Positions 47,188 through 55,513 of a stretch of 64,000 nt of DNA are shown piece by piece. Each line of letters opens with the position of its first letter. Within the stretch, counting starts at the first letter, position 1. Source of the stretch: an uncultured Acidobacteriota bacterium (GTDB lineage Bacteria; Acidobacteriota; Thermoanaerobaculia; Multivoradales; UBA5704); NCBI GenBank assembly GCA_963770895.1, contig CAVYRF010000002.1:3136001-3200000 (forward strand), in the 5' to 3' direction. The notes under the pieces are model-generated. The model was given only the letters and a program-made list of their open reading frames with translations. It did no database searches and was not told the origin of the DNA. The position numbers and the translations under genes were made by a program.

Positions 47188-48132
47188 ATGGCGACCGAAC
47201 CGCTGGCAAGTGGCGACGAGCTGCTCGACGAAGCGGAAGCTGACGTCGAAGCTGCTGAAGGCGGCGGCCGGCGGCCGCGCATCAAGGAGTTCGAGGCCAT
47301 CGTCGAAGAAGCGGTGCGGGAAACCGCCGACTCGACCACGCTGTTCTTTTTCACCGGCAGCGAGCAGCTGGAGTACCAGGCCGGCCAGTTTCTCACCATC
47401 CGCCCGCACCAGTTTCCCGCCCTGGAACGGTTCGTCAAGTTCTTTGAGGACGTCAAGGGCAAGCGCGAGCCGGCGCGCGCCTACTCGATGTATTCGGCGC
47501 CGCACGAACGGCGTCTGGCGGTGACGATCAAGGAGGAGCTGTACATCTCCGGCGCCACCAAGTACCCGCCGCTGATGTCGCCGTTCCTGACCTATCGGAC
47601 ACCCCCGGGCACGCGCATGGTGCTGACCGGCTTCGGCGGTCCCTACACCCTGCCGACCGATATCGAATCCAGGACCGACCGGCTGATTCACGTCTGCGCC
47701 GGGTCGGGCATCGTGCCCAACATGAGCATCATCCGCCACTGCCTGGCGACCGGCGTCAAGCTGCGCCACCTGCTGATCTACGGCAACAAGACCTGGGACG
47801 ACGTCATCTTCCGCCGCCAGCTCGAAGACCTGACCCGGCGGTATCCCGGCCAGCTGGAAGTGGTGCACGCGCTCAGCCGCGAACAGGACGTGGCGCGCTA
47901 CGGTCCCAACGTGCGGCACGGCCGCGTGGGCGAAGCTCTGCTGCGCGAAACCATCGCCGATCCCAGCGCCGCCCAGGTCTTCACCTGCGGTCCGGGGATC
48001 GGCAAGTTCGAGCGCCAGGCCGCGCGCGAAAAGGGCGAGCAGCCGACGCCGCGGTTTCTGGAAACCGTGCTGGCGGGGCTGCAGGCGATCGGCGTGCCGC
48101 GCGCCCAGGTCCATCGCGAAATGTACGGCTGA
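47188..48132 (+). CDS. ferredoxin-NADP+ reductase-like FAD/NAD(P)-binding oxidoreductase
   Basis: YQAGQF, RAYS, AGSGIVP, LIYGNK, TCGP. Confidence 0.85.
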   Translation: MATEPLASGDELLDEAEADVEAAEGGGRRPRIKEFEAIVEEAVRETADSTTLFFFTGSEQLEYQAGQFLTIRPHQFPALERFVKFFEDVKGKREPARAYSMYSAPHERRLAVTIKEELYISGATKYPPLMSPFLTYRTPPGTRMVLTGFGGPYTLPTDIESRTDRLIHVCAGSGIVPNMSIIRHCLATGVKLRHLLIYGNKTWDDVIFRRQLEDLTRRYPGQLEVVHALSREQDVARYGPNVRHGRVGEALLRETIADPSAAQVFTCGPGIGKFERQAAREKGEQPTPRFLETVLAGLQAIGVPRAQVHREMYG

Positions 48133-48183
48133 GCGCGGCGCGTTGCGCAGCCGTCCTGACAGCAGCAACAGAAAAGGAGTCGC

Positions 48184-49814
48184 ATGAACTCGATCGTTCC
48201 GCTGGCGATCCCAACCAACGAGCCGGTGCGTGCCTACGGACCGGGGTCGCCCGAAAAAGCGTCGCTCAAGCGGCGCCTCGAAGAGATGCTGCGCGACACC
48301 GTCGAGGTGCCGCTGATCATCGGCGGCCGCGAAGTGCGCACCGGCGACACCGCGCAGGCGGTCTGCCCCCACGATCACGGCCACGTGCTGGCCACCTTCC
48401 ACCAGGCCGGCGCGCCGGAAGTCAACGCCGCGGCGGAAGCGGCCCAGAAGGCGTGGCGCGACTGGTCGGAAACGTCGTGGGAGACGCGCGCCGCGGTGCT
48501 GATGCGCGCTGCCGACCTGCTGGCGGGGCCGTGGCGCGACACCTTGAACGGCGCCACCATGCTCAACCAATCCAAGACGGCGCACCAGGCGGAGATCGAT
48601 GCGGCTTGCGAGCTGATCGATTTCTGGCGCTTCAACCCGTACTTCATGCAGGTGATCTACCAGGCGCAGCCGTGGTCGCACGCGGGGGTGTGGAACCGGG
48701 TGGACTATCGCCCGCTCGAAGGGTTCGTGTTCGCGGTGACGCCGTTCAACTTCACCTCGATCGGCGGCAACCTCCCCACGTCGCCCGCGGTCATGGGCAA
48801 CACGGTGCTGTGGAAGCCGGCCTCGACGGCGGTGCTGTCGGGCTACTACATCATGAAGATCCTGCAGGAGGCGGGGCTGCCCGACGGCGTGATCAATTTC
48901 CTGCCCGGCCGCGCCAACAAGGTGGGCGACCCGGTGCTCGCCCATCCCGACCTGGGCGGTATCCATTTCACCGGCTCGACGCCGGTGTTCCAGGGGATGT
49001 GGAAGACCCTGGGCGACAACATCGCGCAGTACCGCAGCTACCCGCGCATCGTCGGCGAAACCGGCGGCAAGAACTTCGTCTTTGTCCACCCGTCCGCGGA
49101 TCGCGACCACGGTGGTCACGGCGATCGTGCGCGGCGGCTTCGAATACCAGGGCCAGAAGTGCTCGGCGGGCTCGCGCGTCTACGTGCCGCGCTCCCTGTG
49201 GTCGGGGGTGCGGCAGGACCTGGTCGACCAGGTCGGCAGCATCCGCATGGGCGGCGCCGACCGATTTCCGCAACTTCATGGCGGCGGTCATCGATTCGTG
49301 GGCCTACGACCGGATCAAGCGCTACATCGACTTCGCCAAGGATTCCCCCGACGCGGAGATCCTGGTGGGCGGCGGTTGCGACAACTCGGCGGGCTATTTC
49401 ATCCAGCCGACGGTGGTGGTGACCACCAACCCGCGCTTCAAGCTGATGACCGAGGAGATCTTCGGCCCGGTGGTCACGGTCTTCGTCTACGAAGACGGCG
49501 ACCTGGACGCCACCGCCGACCTGTGCGACTCGACCAGCCCCTACGCCCTGACCGGCGCCGTGTTCGCCGAAGACCGCGCCGCGATCGAGCGCCTCAGCCG
49601 CCGCCTGCGCCACGCCGCGGGCAACTTCTACATCAACGACAAGCCGACCGGCGCCGTCGTCGGCCAGCAACCCTTCGGCGGCGCCCGCGCCTCGGGCACC
49701 AACGACAAGGCCGGCTCGATGGCCAACCTGATGCGCTGGACCTCCCAGCGCGCCATCAAAGAGACCTTCGTGCCGGCGCGGGACTACCGCTACCCCTTCA
49801 TGGCGGAGGAGTAA
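48184..49814 (+). pseudogene. pruA: L-glutamate gamma-semialdehyde (P5C) dehydrogenase with two +1 frameshifts (pseudogene or sequencing error)
   Basis: PFNFT, FTGS, GETGGKNF in frame 1; FEYQGQKCSA in frame 2; EEIFGP, NDKPTGAVVGQQPFGG in frame 3; extra bases near 49108 and 49253. Confidence 0.9.
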
Positions 49815-49952
49815 AGGCCGGCGTGGCGGCTTGGTAGGAGCCCCCCGGTCAGCCGTGAGGGCCGCGGGCGGGGCGGGGGCCGGGCGGCTGAAGGCGGCCG
49901 CCCTCCGGCCCCCCGTCTTCTGGGCCTCACGAGGGCGACCGCGCAGCTTGAG

Positions 49953-50114
49953 CTAGGTGCAGGTAATACAGGTCTGCACGATGGTGACGCAGGGCGGGGA
50001 AAGGGTGGGGCAGGGGTGGGAAGCAGCGGCCACCATACCCGCGAGGTGATCGCCGACCAGTTGGTGGACGGTTTCGCGGCTCAGCGTCAGCTTCCTGGTG
50101 TGTGGTTTTCTCAC
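49953..50114 (-). CDS. putative lanthipeptide/RiPP precursor peptide (53 aa from GTG; 58 aa from ATG at 50129)
   Basis: MRKPHTRKLTLSRETVHQLVGDHLAGMVAAASHPCPTLSPPCVTIVQTCITCT; KLxLxRETV leader, Cys/Thr/Ser-rich C-terminus; GGGGAAG RBS; below the ORF-track cutoff. Confidence 0.75.
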   Translation of the reverse strand: MRKPHTRKLTLSRETVHQLVGDHLAGMVAAASHPCPTLSPPCVTIVQTCITCT

Positions 50115-50542
50115 GGTTGGCTTCCCCATCGGCAGGCGAGATCCGTCGCGGTTCCCGGGGCGAGCGCCGTCACGCGCGACGCGGCGTCCTGGGAGAGCAG
50201 AGGGGTTCCGCGGGCCGGTAGATGCAAAAAATCTATTCGAAAGGGATGAGCGCCCGCAACCTGGAGGCGATCTGCGCTCCCGCGTTCCCGCCTACCGGTG
50301 GTGTCCTATCAGTGTGTTGGAGCTCGGGTTGGCCTAGACCTGCTGCAGGTTTCTCCCCGCAAGGGGAGGAACCGTTCCGAAACCGCCCTGCTCTACGTCG
50401 ATGAACCGGAAGGCAAGGAGACTCTGCGTCGCCTGGGCCGGCTCATCCTCAACCTGGCCGTCGAGACGACCCGCTTGCCCTGCGAGGAGTCGACGACCCG
50501 GGGCCGGGCGCTCCCGGAGGCCTGCGGTAGGATGCCGCCGCC

Positions 50543-51805
50543 ATGGGCTCGCGCATCGTATTGACCACCTTCGGCTCGCTCGGCGATCTCCATCCGTTCC
50601 TCGCCATCGGCATCGCGCTCAAGGCGCGCGGGCACGGCGTCGTGCTCGCCACCAGCGAGGGCTACCGCGACAAGGTGACGGCGGCAGGTCTCGAGTTCTA
50701 TCCGGTGCGGCCGCACGTCTCGCTGGAGGACCGCGACCTGGTGGCCTATGTAATGGACCTCAAGAAGGGCCCGGAGAGGGTGCTGCGCGAGATCATCCTG
50801 CCGGTGCTCCACGACAGCTACGTCGACCTGCTGGCGGCGATGGCGGGGGGCGCGGATCTCCTGGTCACCCATCCGCTGAGCTTCGCCGGCCCGCCGATCG
50901 CCGAGACGCGCGTCCTGCGCTGGGCCTCGGTGGCGCTGGCGCCGATGGGCTTCTTCTCGGCCTTCGATCCGCCGCTCCTGCCTCCCTTTCCGGCGCTGGC
51001 GCGGCTGCGCGCCCTGGGGCCGTGGATCAACGGCCGGGTGATGGGGTTCGGGCGCCGCATGGTGCTGCCGTGGACCGAGCCGGTGCGCCGCCTGCGCGCC
51101 GAGCTGGGCCTGCCGCCGGGCGCCAATCCGATCTTCGAGGGCCAGCACTCGCCGTATCTCGTGCTGGCGCTGTTCTCGGCGGTGCTGGGCGCGCCGCAGC
51201 CCGACTGGCCGCCGCAGACCGGGGTGACGGGCTTCGTGTTCTACGACCACCACGACGGGGCGGTCGACCTGCCGGCCGACCTGGAGCGCTTCCTCGCCGG
51301 CGGCGAGCCGCCGCTCGTTTTCACCCTCGGCTCGGCCGCCGTGCTCAGCCCCGGCCCCTTCTTCGCCGAGAGCGCCGCCGCCGCGCGGAGCCTCGGGCGC
51401 CGGGCCGTGCTGGTCGGCGTCGAGCCGCACGAGTGTCCCGCCGGGCTTCCCGACTCGATCTTCACCATCCGCTACGCCCCCTTCTACCGCCTCTTCCCGC
51501 GCGCCGCGGCCATCATCCATCAGGGAGGCATCGGCACCACCGGCCAGGCCCTCGCCGCCGGCCGGCCCATGCTGGTCGTGCCGTGGAGCCACGACCAGCC
51601 CGACAACGCCGCCCGCCTGGTGCGCCTGGGCGTCGCCCGCACCCTCGGCCGCGCGCGCTACACCGCCCCGCGCGCCGCGGCCGCCCTGCGTTCGCTGCTG
51701 AGCGACGCGCCAGCCACCGACCGCGCCGCCCGGCTCGGCGCCAAGGTGCGCGGCGAAAACGGCGTCGAGGTCGCCTGCGCCGCGCTCGAACGCCTACTGG
51801 CCTGA
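50543..51805 (+). CDS. GT1-family glycosyltransferase (RhlB/sterol glucosyltransferase-like)
   Basis: GSLGDLHPF, FTLGS, IHQGGIGTTGQALAAGRP, HDQPDNA. Confidence 0.92.
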   Translation: MGSRIVLTTFGSLGDLHPFLAIGIALKARGHGVVLATSEGYRDKVTAAGLEFYPVRPHVSLEDRDLVAYVMDLKKGPERVLREIILPVLHDSYVDLLAAMAGGADLLVTHPLSFAGPPIAETRVLRWASVALAPMGFFSAFDPPLLPPFPALARLRALGPWINGRVMGFGRRMVLPWTEPVRRLRAELGLPPGANPIFEGQHSPYLVLALFSAVLGAPQPDWPPQTGVTGFVFYDHHDGAVDLPADLERFLAGGEPPLVFTLGSAAVLSPGPFFAESAAAARSLGRRAVLVGVEPHECPAGLPDSIFTIRYAPFYRLFPRAAAIIHQGGIGTTGQALAAGRPMLVVPWSHDQPDNAARLVRLGVARTLGRARYTAPRAAAALRSLLSDAPATDRAARLGAKVRGENGVEVACAALERLLA

Positions 51806-51819
51806 CCCGCCGGCGCCGA

Positions 51820-54102
51820 TCACCTCGAAGGCGGCTCGCCTTCGCCGAGCATCCTCTGCAGCGCCGCGGCGGCTCCCGGCACGTCCAGACGGGCGGCGGC
51901 ATAGTCGGCGGCCAGCAGGTCGTCGGAGAGGTAGGGGTGGAACTTCTCGCGGCTGCGATTGGCGACCGAGCGCGCGAGGTCGAGCGCCGGTGGCGGCTCG
52001 CCGGCTGCCATACGGCCGAAGAGAGGGCGCAGGCGCTCCGGCGCCATCCTGGCGATGCCGAGCGCGGCGCCGAAGGCGGTCGCCTCGCAGCCGGCGAGAC
52101 GGAGCCAGAGCCGCAGCGTTTCCAGGATGCGGTCGCCGCACCACGGAAAGACGAGCGTGGTGTCGCCGTCCGCGAGCCACCAGGCCTTGGCCAGGCCATA
52201 GCGGATGAAGCTGGCGCGCCCTTCCGCCAGCAGCTCGCGCGCCCGCGGATCCAGGTAAACCGGCACCTCAGTCCCCGCCAGCACCTCGAACATCTTGCGG
52301 CGCACGCGATCGTGGACAGGCGGGAAATCGGCCGGCGCGAAGACCGGTGGGCGGCCGCCGCCGGCCGCCTGCACGTCGATCGTCTTTTGCCCCGCATCGA
52401 TGCCGACGATGCGCCAGCGGCGGCCGCCGAAAATGAGGAAGGAGCCGATCAGCAGGGAGATCTCGACCGGCATGTTCCCCAATACCCGGTCGCCGGCCAC
52501 GATGCGGTACTCCTCGGGCGACGAGAAGGCGGCGTAGAAGCCATAGTGGTTGACGACGCTCTCACCCGCGCCTCCCAGGACCAGCTCGCCGTCGTGATCC
52601 TGCTGAAGGAGGGAATGGCTCGCGAGGCTTCGCAGCACGGTGCCAAACTGCGAGCGGCTGACGCTCCCGAACGGACCCTGGCCGCAGAGGTCGTCCCAGG
52701 CTGGCGCGGCCCGTACGCCGCCGTGCTGGGCGATGAGGGAGAGGGTCTGCTGCACCAGGGTCGACAGGTGCAGCGCCCCCGGCCACGGCGGCTCGCACCA
52801 GCCGGCGAGCAGCAGATCCAGGGTGGCGATGGTCTGCACCAGCTCGGTCCGCAGGGCGTCACCGGGTGCGCTGTCGGCCTGCACCTCGCTCTCGGTGATG
52901 TAGACCCGCAGGATCGACGGGCCGCCGGTACGGCCGGAGCGGCCCAGCCGCTGACGCGTGCTGGCGACCGACGGCGGCGCGCCGAGCTGGGCGATGCTCT
53001 CGATCGCCCCGACGTCGATGCCCAGCTCCAGGGTTGTCGTGCAGATGGCCGTGGCGGGCCGCGAGCGGTCCTTGATCGCCGCCTCGGTCTCCTCGCGCAG
53101 GGCTTTCGAGAGGTTTCCGTGATGCGGCCAGAACTCGTTCGGCACCGCGAGGTCCTGACACCTCCGGCGCAGGCGGTCGGCGCAGAGCTCCACCCGCCGC
53201 CGCGAGTTGGCGAACACGAGGTGATGGCCGCCGCGAAGGGTCGCGAAGAGATGCGTCGCGATCTGCAGCTCGTCGGCAGACTCTGCATCCGGCTCCGCGC
53301 CGGCCTTCGCACTGCCATCGGTCGCGGTTTCAGCCGTGGCGGCGCCGACCCATCGCTCGCCGGCGCGCGCCGTTCCGGCACCGGCGCCCAGGCGGTAGCC
53401 GCGCACCTGCAGGCGCACCTCCTGGCCGCTCTCGTTGGAAACCACGATTCGCACGCCGCCGCCGCGGCGGGGGCGCAGAAAGTCGGCGGCGAGGCCCATG
53501 TCGCCCAGGGTCGCGCTCAGGCCCACCCGGGCGACGCGGCGAGCCAGGGCCGCCTCCAGCCGGTGGAGCTGCGATTGCAGCTGTCGCCCGCGCTCGGAGC
53601 CGATGAAGGCGTGCAGCTCGTCGATCACGCAGTAGGAGAGGCCGGCGAAGAGGGTTGCGATCCGCGAGCCGTGCAGCACGAAAAGAGCTTCCAGGGATTC
53701 CGGCGTGATCACCAGCACGCCTTCGGGATGCCGCAGCAGCCTCCGCTTGAAGCCGGCAGCCACGTCGCCGTGCCAGCGGTAGAGTGGCAGATCCAGCTCC
53801 TCGCAAAGGCCTTCTAGGCGGCGGAATTGATCGTTGATCAGCGCCTTGAGCGGCGACACGCAGAGGGCGCGAATCCCCTCTCCCGATCGTCCGGCCAGTG
53901 CGCTCAGGATGGGCAGGAAGGCGGCTTCCGTCTTCCCCCGCGCGGTACCCGCGGCGACGATGACGTCCGCGTCGCCACGCAGGATGAGCGGGATTGCCGC
54001 CTCCTGGATGTCGCGCAGCTCGTCCCAGCCCTGGTGCCAGATCCAGCGCTGGATCCTCGGATCGAGCTCGCGAAATGCGAGCGATTCGCCGGCGCCTGCC
54101 AT
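51820..54102 (-). CDS. Lhr-like DEAD/DEAH-box helicase (Shango SngC-like)
   Basis: GWDELRDIQ, GTARGKTEAAF, SPLKALINDQ, TPESLE, IDELH, LSAT, HHG, TLELGIDVG, QRLGRSGR. Confidence 0.92.
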   Translation of the reverse strand: MAGAGESLAFRELDPRIQRWIWHQGWDELRDIQEAAIPLILRGDADVIVAAGTARGKTEAAFLPILSALAGRSGEGIRALCVSPLKALINDQFRRLEGLCEELDLPLYRWHGDVAAGFKRRLLRHPEGVLVITPESLEALFVLHGSRIATLFAGLSYCVIDELHAFIGSERGRQLQSQLHRLEAALARRVARVGLSATLGDMGLAADFLRPRRGGGVRIVVSNESGQEVRLQVRGYRLGAGAGTARAGERWVGAATAETATDGSAKAGAEPDAESADELQIATHLFATLRGGHHLVFANSRRRVELCADRLRRRCQDLAVPNEFWPHHGNLSKALREETEAAIKDRSRPATAICTTTLELGIDVGAIESIAQLGAPPSVASTRQRLGRSGRTGGPSILRVYITESEVQADSAPGDALRTELVQTIATLDLLLAGWCEPPWPGALHLSTLVQQTLSLIAQHGGVRAAPAWDDLCGQGPFGSVSRSQFGTVLRSLASHSLLQQDHDGELVLGGAGESVVNHYGFYAAFSSPEEYRIVAGDRVLGNMPVEISLLIGSFLIFGGRRWRIVGIDAGQKTIDVQAAGGGRPPVFAPADFPPVHDRVRRKMFEVLAGTEVPVYLDPRARELLAEGRASFIRYGLAKAWWLADGDTTLVFPWCGDRILETLRLWLRLAGCEATAFGAALGIARMAPERLRPLFGRMAAGEPPPALDLARSVANRSREKFHPYLSDDLLAADYAAARLDVPGAAAALQRMLGEGEPPSR

Positions 54103-54121
54103 GCCGTACCGTGCCGCGTCG

Positions 54122-55513
54122 CTAGAGCTTGAACGCGGCGAGCTCGTCGTCGGCGTCAACGGTGGAGCCAGGGGTCGGGCTGGGGCCGGAGGTCGCCGGG
54201 TGGGGGTCGAACCCGGATTCGGGGTCGCCGGGGCTGCCGGCGGGAAGGGCCGCGGGATCGGCTTCGCCGGAGACGGTCACCTCGCCGAGCAGGCTTCGCC
54301 AGGAAGCCTCCGGGTTCTGGTCGAGGACGGCGAGCAGGTCGAGGAAGGCGCGGATGGTGTTGCGCGGCGTCCGGAAGTAGGCTTCGCCCACCTTGCGATA
54401 GCAATGTTCGAGGAAGGCGAGAATGGCTTCGTCGGGCAACAGCAGTGGGGCGGCGGCGCGGTCGGACGCATGGACCTCGCGCAGCCGCACCAGCAGCACG
54501 TAGAGCTCCTCCTGCGTCAGGTTGGGCAGATGGATCACCGGCCCGCTGTAGTCTCTCAAGCCCTCGCCGGCGAAGCGGTTGGCGCCCAGGCGGGAGCGCA
54601 GCGCCTCGTAGCTGTAGAGGCCGCGGCGCTCATCCATCAGGAGCTCGGGCGTGCCGCCCAGCAGGAAGCCGAGCCCGACGCTCGCTCCCTGCAGGGAGTC
54701 GTTGAGCATGCGCAGGATCTGCTCGTAATTGCTCGACCGGGCGCGCGTGTTGGCGAGCTTGTAGAGGTTGACCAGCTCGTCGAGGCAGACGAGCAGACCT
54801 CCGTAGCCGGCCAGCCGCACGAAGCGGGCGAAGACCTTGATCTGATCGTAGAAGTTGTCGTCGTCGACGATGGTGCGCACGCCCAGCGCCTTCCTGGCGT
54901 CGGTCCGGGTGGTGAACTCCCCCCGCAGCCAGCGGACGGCATCGCCCTTCAGGCGATCGTCGCTGGTGTCGTGACCGCGCCAGTAGGCGGCGACGACCGC
55001 CGCGAAGTCGTAGCCGCCCACCAGCTCCGACAGGCTGCCCAGGCGCTCCGTCAGGACGGCGTCGACCGCCAGGCCGCGGGTCTTGGCGTCCTCGAGCGCG
55101 GAGGTGACGAAGCGCTCGACCACGTTCGCCACCGCTCCTCCCTCGGGGCGGCTGCGCGTGGCGAGGTTCGCCATCAGCTCGGCGTACAGCGACCGCGCCT
55201 CGCCCGAGGTGCCGTGAAGCCGGCGGTCGGGGTTGAGGTCGGCATGAGCGCAGACCAGACCGCGCTCCATGGCGATAGCCCGCACCAGGAAAAGGAAGAA
55301 CGTCTTGCCCGAGCCGAACTCGCCGATCACGAAGCGGAAGGCCGAGCCGCCGTCGCGGATCGCCTCGACGTCCCGCAGCAGGGCCTCGATCTCCAGCTTG
55401 CGCCCCACCTGGATGTAACGCTGGCCCCGCCGCGGCACCACGCCGGCCCGCAGCGACTGCAGGATCGCCTCGCGATCGCGCGGGCGGATGGTCTCGGTCT
55501 TCGGCTCATCCAT
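54122..55513 (-). CDS. DUF2791/BrxD-like P-loop ATP-binding protein (Shango SngB-like)
   Basis: QSLRAGVVPRRG, Walker A GEFGSGKT, Walker B LLVCLDE, LYSYEAL.SRL, FRTPR. Confidence 0.9.
   Translation of the reverse strand: MDEPKTETIRPRDREAILQSLRAGVVPRRGQRYIQVGRKLEIEALLRDVEAIRDGGSAFRFVIGEFGSGKTFFLFLVRAIAMERGLVCAHADLNPDRRLHGTSGEARSLYAELMANLATRSRPEGGAVANVVERFVTSALEDAKTRGLAVDAVLTERLGSLSELVGGYDFAAVVAAYWRGHDTSDDRLKGDAVRWLRGEFTTRTDARKALGVRTIVDDDNFYDQIKVFARFVRLAGYGGLLVCLDELVNLYKLANTRARSSNYEQILRMLNDSLQGASVGLGFLLGGTPELLMDERRGLYSYEALRSRLGANRFAGEGLRDYSGPVIHLPNLTQEELYVLLVRLREVHASDRAAAPLLLPDEAILAFLEHCYRKVGEAYFRTPRNTIRAFLDLLAVLDQNPEASWRSLLGEVTVSGEADPAALPAGSPGDPESGFDPHPATSGPSPTPGSTVDADDELAAFKL

Noticed and set aside
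49815-49945. GC-rich hairpin-prone region between pruA and the precursor ORF as an intrinsic terminator
   Set aside because: No clear U-tract on either strand, so it cannot be supported.
50298-50564. 'KETLRRL' / 'MNRKARRL' stretch as a second RiPP precursor
   Set aside because: The two motifs are in different frames and no Cys/Ser/Thr-rich core with a proper stop follows.
50401-53817. 1138-aa + strand ORF and many other long Arg/Ala/Pro-rich ORFs (e.g. 2457..4772, 6352..8550, 9613..12063, 47128..49119)
   Set aside because: Off-frame or antisense shadows of well-supported genes; long stop-free frames are expected at this GC content and they lack motifs.
54122-55513. Reading the DUF2791/BrxD-like ATPase plus helicase as a BREX system
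   Set aside because: No PglZ, PglX or BrxC in the window; the TerB-N partner points to a Shango-like arrangement.
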